Shown here one piece after another: positions 26,828-33,580 of a DNA stretch of 37,685 nt (position 1 is its first letter; every line of letters begins with the position of its first letter). The notes under the pieces were generated by a model. It worked only from the letters and a program-made list of their open reading frames with translations, was not told the DNA's origin and made no database searches. The DNA lies in the IMG/VR virus record IMGVR_UViG_3300020045_009058, positions 1 to 37,685 of that record. The stretch is one strand, 5' to 3'. The translations under genes and the position numbers were made by a program. Source of the DNA: a virus (taxonomy: Duplodnaviria; Caudoviricetes).

Positions 26828-27499
26828 ATGACAACAAACGCTACCAAAATCAAAGTAATCACAAACTTACTCACTGACATCTTCTTTTCTGAAGTGAATC
26901 ACAGTGACACGTACATGTTCGATCGCTTTATAGAAGAAGCTAAGCTTCCTGCTGGCGAGATCGATATGCGTTTCGCGCTCGCAGAAGTGCTGACCAACTA
27001 CCTCGCTTACGACCTTACGCCCGGAGACATCGTGCATCCATTCTCCGCGCAATTTAGCAAGCGCGTCGATGCTGCATTCGACTTCTTAGAAGCGCTAGAA
27101 GTCGATGCTGCATTGAAAGCTGAGTTCGCTGCGACGATCACTAAGTTTGTCCACGTCAACACGTTTGGTGGCGGAGTGACCACATACGCTGGTGGGTTCG
27201 TGCTGCTAGAAGTACCAGGGCGGCCCGAGTACGAGGCCGGCTTCGAGTTGCCGATCAGGCAGGGCGCTGATGATCTAGCTGCCGCCCTGTTCGCCATCCA
27301 CGAGTACGCTGGCGCGACCGAATTGTGGGCTGTGTACTTCGACAGCGTGCTCAAAAGCTCATTCGAGACGCTGGATGAAGCGATCGACTTTATGAATGTG
27401 ATGCTACTTGCGTCAGGGAATCCGAGCGATTGGTCAGATCGCAGGTCAGTTATTAACCCTTCTGCCTTTGAGCTCTTTCAAGTGTATCGACCTACTTAA
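26828..27499 (+). CDS. Hypothetical acidic protein (223 aa)
   Basis: AGGA RBS, followed by terminator; no recognised motif. Confidence 0.8.
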   Translation: MTTNATKIKVITNLLTDIFFSEVNHSDTYMFDRFIEEAKLPAGEIDMRFALAEVLTNYLAYDLTPGDIVHPFSAQFSKRVDAAFDFLEALEVDAALKAEFAATITKFVHVNTFGGGVTTYAGGFVLLEVPGRPEYEAGFELPIRQGADDLAAALFAIHEYAGATELWAVYFDSVLKSSFETLDEAIDFMNVMLLASGNPSDWSDRRSVINPSAFELFQVYRPT

Positions 27500-27511
27500 T
27501 AGCTAGTTTAC

Positions 27512-27533
27512 GAGGCCCTTCGGGGCCTTTTTC
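27512..27533 (+). terminator. Intrinsic terminator, identical to 661-682
   Basis: GAGGCCCTTCGGGGCCTTTTTC. Confidence 0.88.
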
Positions 27534-27701
27534 AATTGGAAAGTAGTATTTAAGTGGGCTAATAGTAACTTTTTCGGCGTGTTTTGGGTGTGATGAGAAT
27601 AGTTGAAAGAAATCCAAAACTGGTGCAGGGAAATAGTTGTACACTTGTTTTCAAGTTAGATGCGTATTGCAGATGACTGAAACCAAAACTTAGGAATCAA
27701 A

Positions 27702-28031
27702 ATGAACAACTCAACAAACAACAACAACAACAGCCGCGCTGCAACTATTTCCCGCGCTGGATTCTCTGAGGACGACGATTGCTTCTCCTTCTTCCACGAT
27801 TTAGGACCTCTGCAAGAGGAACTCGATAGCAGCGCAGAGACGCGGGCAATGCTGGGAACCATCGCGCTGATTGCGAACAATCCGGCGCCCGCCGTTGCAC
27901 CTGCTAAACACAATAGTAACTACAGCAGCCGCGCTGCAACTATTGCCCGCGCAGGGTTTTCTGAAGACGACGACTGCTTCTCCTTCCTCCACGATTCAGT
28001 GCAATTCCAGGACGTCAAAGTAACGGCATAA
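27702..28031 (+). CDS. Small acidic protein with an internal 23-aa duplication
   Basis: SRAATI(S/A)RAGFSEDDDCFSF(F/L)HD twice; AGGA RBS. Confidence 0.8.
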   Translation: MNNSTNNNNNSRAATISRAGFSEDDDCFSFFHDLGPLQEELDSSAETRAMLGTIALIANNPAPAVAPAKHNSNYSSRAATIARAGFSEDDDCFSFLHDSVQFQDVKVTA

Positions 28032-28066
28032 CTGTTCGCCAAAAACCACAAAACCAAGGAATCAAA

Positions 28067-28522
28067 ATGAACAATACTTCAAACATTACTCTGAACGTCA
28101 ACACGCCAGTCGGTATTCGCAAGAAAACCGCTTACCGCGCGCCTCACCATACCGCGGTCTCCATGTTCGCGCGCGAGCTGCTTAGAGCAACAAGCTGTGG
28201 CATCTATCTAGCCGTCGCACGCGACTACATGCGCGCTGCTGACTACGATCTCTATCAGTTGTCGCGTGCTGAAGATACTAATGCGGCAGCCCCATTTGCA
28301 GACATATTCGAAGCTTTCGCATGGAATGAGGCTAACACAGTTGTATTCGACAGCAACGACAAGCGCGCGATGGCACAGCTAATCTCAGAGTTCGAGGATC
28401 CGATGGCCGGGTCGCTGCTGTATGCGAAGGCCAGTGAAGACGTGCTTGCGTGTGCTGTGGCGGAAGCTTGCATTGCGCAGGATAGCGATCGTGTGCGCAA
28501 TAGGTTGTCATTTGCCGCATGA
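28067..28522 (+). CDS. Hypothetical protein (151 aa)
   Basis: AAGGA RBS shared with upstream gene; terminator follows. Confidence 0.8.
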   Translation: MNNTSNITLNVNTPVGIRKKTAYRAPHHTAVSMFARELLRATSCGIYLAVARDYMRAADYDLYQLSRAEDTNAAAPFADIFEAFAWNEANTVVFDSNDKRAMAQLISEFEDPMAGSLLYAKASEDVLACAVAEACIAQDSDRVRNRLSFAA

Positions 28523-28576
28523 AGCTTGGCCAGACAACGGCGAATGATATCCGCCACAAATATGATTAACATATAC

Positions 28577-28600
28577 AGGCCTCTAGGGGCCTATTATTTT
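28577..28600 (+). terminator. Intrinsic terminator
   Basis: AGGCCT-CTAG-GGGCCT-ATTATTTT. Confidence 0.65.
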
Positions 28601-28651
28601 GCCTGGATAGTATTAAGTTATACCCTCGAAGCTATATTAAACATACTAGTA

Positions 28652-28679
28652 TTTACATACTCCCACTATCTGACATAAT
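28652..28679 (+). promoter_or_regulatory. Sigma70-like promoter TTTACA-N16-CATAAT with extended TG
   Basis: Motif match in an AT-rich intergenic region; no sizeable ORF downstream. Confidence 0.4.
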
Positions 28680-28751
28680 AGTAGTTATGTCATGGATGCT
28701 TTACGTTCACCTATTCATGTGTAAATAAAACGTGTAGTACATCGATCTATT

Positions 28752-28778
28752 ACACTAGTATTTTATTGGGTGGTGCAA
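28752..28778 (-). promoter_or_regulatory. N15 promoter TTGCAC-N15-TAGTGT with no downstream sense gene
   Basis: Same spacing and CTTG prefix as the late set; directly after a terminator. Confidence 0.45.
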
Positions 28779-28780
28779 GT

Positions 28781-28812
28781 AGAAAAGCCCGCCAGGTTGA
28801 TCGCCTGCGGGC
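28781..28812 (-). terminator. Intrinsic terminator for leftward RuvC operon
   Basis: Minus strand GCCCGCAGG...CCTGGCGGGC-TTTTCT. Confidence 0.8.
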
Positions 28813-28874
28813 CTCTGTCATACCGATAACTCATGCTACCTTTAGGCGTGTGAAAACTCATTCACATGTTAGTG

Positions 28875-29153
28875 TTATCTTTCGCGCTCATAACGAGGAT
28901 ATTCGTCACCTTCGAAGTCTGATTCGTCAACCATTTCAGGGGCTAGTGCGTTCATGATCGCCGGCGCATTGATCCATTTCTCAGCGATATGGAACAGGCC
29001 GCAGTCTTTGCACTTATACGAGTAGAACCTGCCTGAATCCTTCGGTGCGGCTTGCATGGCGTAGCTAACGCTTCCATACTTGACCTTGCCGCCGCACAAT
29101 TGCGTGAATATCGTATTACCTTGAGCGGCGCTATACCTTGTTTGTGTTTGCAT
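28875..29153 (-). CDS. Small zinc-finger-like protein
   Basis: CGGK...YKCKDCGLFHI; AAGG RBS. Confidence 0.7.
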   Translation of the reverse strand: MQTQTRYSAAQGNTIFTQLCGGKVKYGSVSYAMQAAPKDSGRFYSYKCKDCGLFHIAEKWINAPAIMNALAPEMVDESDFEGDEYPRYERER

Positions 29154-29176
29154 GGTGGTGCCTTATCTACAGTTGT

Positions 29177-29683
29177 TTAGTTAAATGATCCAACTCGTTC
29201 AGAATAATCTTTCGCCGCCTGCGCAATTAGCATACCCTCGGCGCGATTGTGGTCTTTCACTCGTTTGAGGTCTGCTGCATTCGCTGGAAACAAACTCAAC
29301 GCGAAAGCTCGGCTAGCTTCCTTATCCGAACCAGTCGGAATCTTCATGTGACGCTTCCATCTAGCTGGCTCGAAGCGAATCACTGGGATCCCGAGTGCCG
29401 CCAGGACGCCTCGAATCGCACCGAAGGAATCCCCGAGACTGAATCCAGACTGCGACGATTGCTGCGGCATGCTGTGAACTCGCTCAAGGCCTGCAAGCTT
29501 GATCTGTTGCGCGTACGGGCGAAGCATGTCCGCCAGGCCGGCCACATCGATCTCCTTCTTAGTCTTGCCTGTCCCAGCTTGGGCAGTCGGGATATCAAGT
29601 ACCACCAGCTTCTTGATGCTTGAGTCTGCATAGAGCAGCGCGATGCCACCGGTCACGCCGGGGTCGATGCCTAGATAGATCAT
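29177..29683 (-). CDS. RuvC-like Holliday junction resolvase
   Basis: YLGIDPGVTGGIA, LERVHSMP, PARWKRHM, DHNRAEGMLIA. Confidence 0.88.
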   Translation of the reverse strand: MIYLGIDPGVTGGIALLYADSSIKKLVVLDIPTAQAGTGKTKKEIDVAGLADMLRPYAQQIKLAGLERVHSMPQQSSQSGFSLGDSFGAIRGVLAALGIPVIRFEPARWKRHMKIPTGSDKEASRAFALSLFPANAADLKRVKDHNRAEGMLIAQAAKDYSERVGSFN

Positions 29684-29865
29684 GCGGCCTCCACTGCGAG
29701 CGGCATGCGCTCATTGAGCTGGCGGCAGATCTGAGCTGCGAGCTGTTCGTTGGATGCAATGCCCGCGATCTCTTTGTGTAGATCGTCGACAACGACGTGG
29801 CGGTTCTGGCGGAACTTGTCTGGCGCCACGCGGAATCTGAGTGCTGTGTTCATGTTCTTCTCCAT
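29680..29865 (-). CDS. Hypothetical protein (~60 aa)
   Basis: Stop overlaps RuvC start (ATGA); carries its GGAGG RBS. Confidence 0.65.
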   Translation of the reverse strand: MEKNMNTALRFRVAPDKFRQNRHVVVDDLHKEIAGIASNEQLAAQICRQLNERMPLAVEAA

Positions 29866-29911
29866 CTTCTAAGCTATCTTACAGTGCAATCAGATATCTT
29901 CATAACGCAAA

Positions 29912-30505
29912 TCAACGCTTGCACTTCTTGTGCATACGAGCGAAAGCTAGTGAGAGCGCATCCTGCGCAGCGAAAGCTTCTACCGGCCTAGCCTCCGACA
30001 CAGACCGCCCGCCCCCTGCGCCCTGACCCGATTTTTGCAATACGGGCATTTTGGAGATAGCTGAGATAACTTTCTTATCTACAAGTAACAGCTCCCGGGG
30101 GCCGTTCGTAACATCAAACTTCATGAATCTAGCAATGCCCGCGCGCATCGCCAATTTCGAGACTTGCATATAGTCGCATGCAAGCTGGAAGGTGATCGAA
30201 GGCATATCGTCTTCGTCACAATTTAGCCAGTCCACAGCATGCAAGTAATCATTTATCCGTACTTGCATGCGGCGCTCAGAGCCGAGGCCGGGGTCCGCAA
30301 GAACCGCCTCGGCAACTGCCAGGCCGGCTGCGATGTCATCTACAGCAGTAACGATGCATTCTGCTGCGAGGAGTAGATAGCCGAGGTCCGCCGAGCTTCT
30401 ATTGACAAAAAACTGGTGTATTGCGCTTCTGAGTGTGTTTGCTGCACCATCCCCGGCCTGCAGTGCATCGAAGTCAAACTCTGGTTGTATGTGCATTGAA
30501 ATCAT
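29912..30505 (-). CDS. Hypothetical helical protein (197 aa), candidate regulator
   Basis: AGGGAG RBS; LLAAECIVTAVDD...AVDWL...ITFQLACDYM pattern recalled from uncharacterised phage proteins. Confidence 0.75.
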   Translation of the reverse strand: MISMHIQPEFDFDALQAGDGAANTLRSAIHQFFVNRSSADLGYLLLAAECIVTAVDDIAAGLAVAEAVLADPGLGSERRMQVRINDYLHAVDWLNCDEDDMPSITFQLACDYMQVSKLAMRAGIARFMKFDVTNGPRELLLVDKKVISAISKMPVLQKSGQGAGGGRSVSEARPVEAFAAQDALSLAFARMHKKCKR

Positions 30506-30616
30506 GATGAATCTCCCTGAATTGCGTTGTTGTTAAGTAAGTTGTGTTTTGCAGATACAGACTATAACAGTAAGATAGCTTATGTGTTATTTATATAGCC
30601 TTAGCAGGAGTAGGTA

Positions 30617-30634
30617 TTAGAGTTTCCACTCTAA
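30617..30634. promoter_or_regulatory. 18-bp palindrome TTAGAGT-TTCC-ACTCTAA
   Basis: Exact reverse complement of 4952-4969. Confidence 0.7.
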
Positions 30635-30645
30635 ATAGTCTGCGC

Positions 30646-30953
30646 GTAACCGCTGAAACCGCTCGACGGCGCCGGTTACGGCCACGGTTACGGGGCTAAG
30701 TCATTGATTTATATATATATTTTCTTAAAAAAGAAGAATAAGTAACTATGTAACCGCTTTTTAAATTAGAGACTTACGCGAAGCAAAACTCGCTATTGCT
30801 GATCTAGAAAGTAGTCATTTGCTTAAAAGTAGGTATTCATCCCGTCGAAAACGGTTACAGAGTTACATTGTCCAATTTCTCCAATTGAATCAATAACTTA
30901 GCGCGTAACCGAGCACCGAAATTCGAGGTTACTAACGCAAATTTCTCGGTTAC
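30646..30953. repeat. Iteron/IHF element copy B (probable replication origin)
   Basis: 10 GTAAC/GTTAC boxes, inverted IHF sites at 30697 and 30888, AT-rich tract; immediately upstream of primase-helicase. Confidence 0.8.
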
Positions 30954-31065
30954 ACGAAAGAATCCCCACATTTTTCGGCGGCAACTTTCCAAGCGCAATT
31001 AAATGTACGTGCTACATTCTCTATTGCAAACCACGCAGATTCATTTGAATCTATTCGCAATCTGA

Positions 31066-33495
31066 ATGAAAGTACACATGTACGCACACCACTTAACGAA
31101 ATTGAATTCATGCGCATTGACGGCAGAGGATGCTACCAGGGCAGGCTTTACCAGTATGACCGGCGCAGTAGTCGCTTCCATGGCGCTCGGCGAGAACACT
31201 ACGATCCCCGGCGATTGCCTCGCGATTCCGTATTTCAACGAAGACGGCTCACCGGTTATCAACGAAGCCTCTGGCGCGCAACACACCAGATACCGCGTCT
31301 TCTCATCTGACGCAAACTACAAGACGAAGTATTTAAGCGTGTCAGGCTCACAGGATCACGCATATATCCCTGTCGGCCTCTCAGATTGCCCTATGGGCCT
31401 GCTGGTCATCACAGAAGGCGAGTTCAAAGCATACGCCGGCGTTGCCCACCAAATCGCGTGCATTGGCATTGCAGGCGTGACCATGGGCTACTCAAGTTCG
31501 CGCAATAAAGACACTAAGCGCGATGAAGATACGCCCGTGCTGCCCGCCATCCTCGAACTCGCATCACGCCATGGCCGCGTAATAGTGCTCGCAGACAGCG
31601 ATGCTACAGAGAATGCAAACGTCAGATCAGCGATGCAATCTCTGGCCAGCGCGATCAGAAAGCAGACTTCAGCCGTTGTCGCGTACGCATCCGTGCCTGC
31701 AAATGGTGGCGGCAAGCGTGATCGGAATCGCCCACCACCAGAAAAGATGGGTCTCGACGATTGGATATTCAAGCTACGCGATGACGTTGCCCCAATTCGC
31801 CGCCTTCTCGACGGTGTGATTACGAAAGAAGTAGCGCGGCTGGCGACCATGGAGTCTGGTGGCTACACAGCCCTCGGCTATCGGGGTGATATCTGCTTCG
31901 CATGGTCGAAAGGTCGCAAGCACGTTGTTCAGTTGTCAGCTAGCTCGATCACTAGCTCTGGCGTCCTGGCGTCACTAGCGGGCAATGAATGGGCAGAGAA
32001 GTGCTACGGTGTCGAAGATGCAGACACGGGCAAAGTGACTGTGAACTGGAACCGGATGGGCCTCGCGATCATCGATGAGTGCACCGCAAAGGGTTTCTAC
32101 GATGAGAGCTCGGAGCGCGGAGTCGGCGTGTGGCGCGCGAAAGATGGCGGCCTCATCGTCAACGCCGAAACCGTCTACAGGCCCGATGGTCAAGCAATCG
32201 ACCGCGTCTCCGATGACAACATCGTGTACCCGATCGACGGCGGGCCAGCGTGGTCAGCGGGCATGGATGTAGCGACAACAGGCGACGTTGCAGAGCTAAT
32301 CACGTGCTTGAAGCGTTGGAAATGGGTTCGAGAGAGTGACATGCTGATTACCCTTGGGTGGCTCGGGCTCGCATTCGTGGGTGGGGCGCTGGAATGGAGA
32401 CCTAACCTGTCACTGACCGGCATTCGCGGTAGCGGCAAGTCAACGTATGCGAAACTGTTTTGCAAATTGCTAGGCGAACAAAAGTACGCTATCAGTTTTG
32501 CCCTTGGAAAGACTAGCGAGGCGGGAATCCGCTCACTTATTCGCTCATCTTCGCGGCCCATCATCGTTGACGAATTTGAGTCAGATAACCGAAACGCAGC
32601 AGCAGTGCTCGACATGCTGCGAATCAGTTCGAGTGGCGACAAGATCTACAAGTCGTCAGCGACTGGTACGTCTGTTCAGTACGAAATGAGATCTATTGGA
32701 CTGATTGCCGGCGTCACGCTTCCGAATTTCAATGGCGCAGATCACTCACGATTCTTGTGCGTCGACATGAAAGAGATCCCCGCAGATGAGAAAGAAAACG
32801 TGCATCCCATGATGCAGCGCAACTTCAAACAAGCGTGCGAACTAGGGCCAAAGCTCGCAGCTCGGATGCAGAATTCTTGGGAGCGGTTGAATGACGCGAT
32901 CGAAGTAGCTCGCAGCGCTCTGAAGGCTCAGTCAGCACGCTTCTCTGATACGTATGCACCAGTATTCGCATCGCTTCACTGCATGCTGAGCGACGATGTT
33001 TTGACGCCAGAGCAGGCTATCGAGTATGCAAAGATGATTGACTTGGATAGCGCGAAAGACCGCAACAACGAGGGCAAGACTGAAGTGAGCATCTTGACTC
33101 ACATACTTTCGACAGTTGTCAGTGTAAACAATGGCGGAACCCGCAGGCTGACAGTCGCCGAAGTTGCGTCTTACGCTTTGGGGGAGGGCCGGCTTGGTGG
33201 CGTCTACAAAAGCGAACTTGGAGCCCTCGGAATGGCAGTCGGTTTCGCTGAAGACTCCGGAATGCCGACGCTGCACATTAACCAAAACTCCTCAGGCTTC
33301 CAAAAACTATTCGCAAATAGTGCATGGTCGAATGGTCAAGTAGCTTCGAATATCAAAAGATTACCTGGCGCCGCTCAAAAAGCACTAAAGACAATGCGAA
33401 TTGGCGGTATTCCATGTAAGCCACTGTCTGTGCCGGTCGATATTGAAGTATCAGAACCGGCTCAAGAAGAATCAGAAATGCTTAGTCGAGCATAA
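31066..33495 (+). CDS. Primase-helicase (Toprim/DUF3854-like N-terminus + P-loop NTPase)
   Basis: LAIPYF, LVITEGEFKA, VLADSD, KMGLDDW; Walker A GIRGSGKST, Walker B PIIVDEFE. Confidence 0.88.
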   Translation: MKVHMYAHHLTKLNSCALTAEDATRAGFTSMTGAVVASMALGENTTIPGDCLAIPYFNEDGSPVINEASGAQHTRYRVFSSDANYKTKYLSVSGSQDHAYIPVGLSDCPMGLLVITEGEFKAYAGVAHQIACIGIAGVTMGYSSSRNKDTKRDEDTPVLPAILELASRHGRVIVLADSDATENANVRSAMQSLASAIRKQTSAVVAYASVPANGGGKRDRNRPPPEKMGLDDWIFKLRDDVAPIRRLLDGVITKEVARLATMESGGYTALGYRGDICFAWSKGRKHVVQLSASSITSSGVLASLAGNEWAEKCYGVEDADTGKVTVNWNRMGLAIIDECTAKGFYDESSERGVGVWRAKDGGLIVNAETVYRPDGQAIDRVSDDNIVYPIDGGPAWSAGMDVATTGDVAELITCLKRWKWVRESDMLITLGWLGLAFVGGALEWRPNLSLTGIRGSGKSTYAKLFCKLLGEQKYAISFALGKTSEAGIRSLIRSSSRPIIVDEFESDNRNAAAVLDMLRISSSGDKIYKSSATGTSVQYEMRSIGLIAGVTLPNFNGADHSRFLCVDMKEIPADEKENVHPMMQRNFKQACELGPKLAARMQNSWERLNDAIEVARSALKAQSARFSDTYAPVFASLHCMLSDDVLTPEQAIEYAKMIDLDSAKDRNNEGKTEVSILTHILSTVVSVNNGGTRRLTVAEVASYALGEGRLGGVYKSELGALGMAVGFAEDSGMPTLHINQNSSGFQKLFANSAWSNGQVASNIKRLPGAAQKALKTMRIGGIPCKPLSVPVDIEVSEPAQEESEMLSRA

Positions 33496-33580
33496 ATAAA
33501 ACACGCTATTGGAAATTCGTGTACTATCACGCTAGCTTGTAGCGCATCAAGCAACATCAAATAAGAAAATAGGATAAGCA

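Noticed and set aside
27732-27995. DGR template/variable repeat pair
   Set aside because: Differences are mostly synonymous and not adenine-specific; no reverse transcriptase in the genome.
28849-28866. CRP site
   Set aside because: TGTGA-N8-TCACA has an 8-bp spacer, not 6.
22272-30953. IS or transposon bounded by the twin elements
   Set aside because: No transposase, no target-site duplication seen, and the enclosed 8.4 kb holds essential terminase genes.
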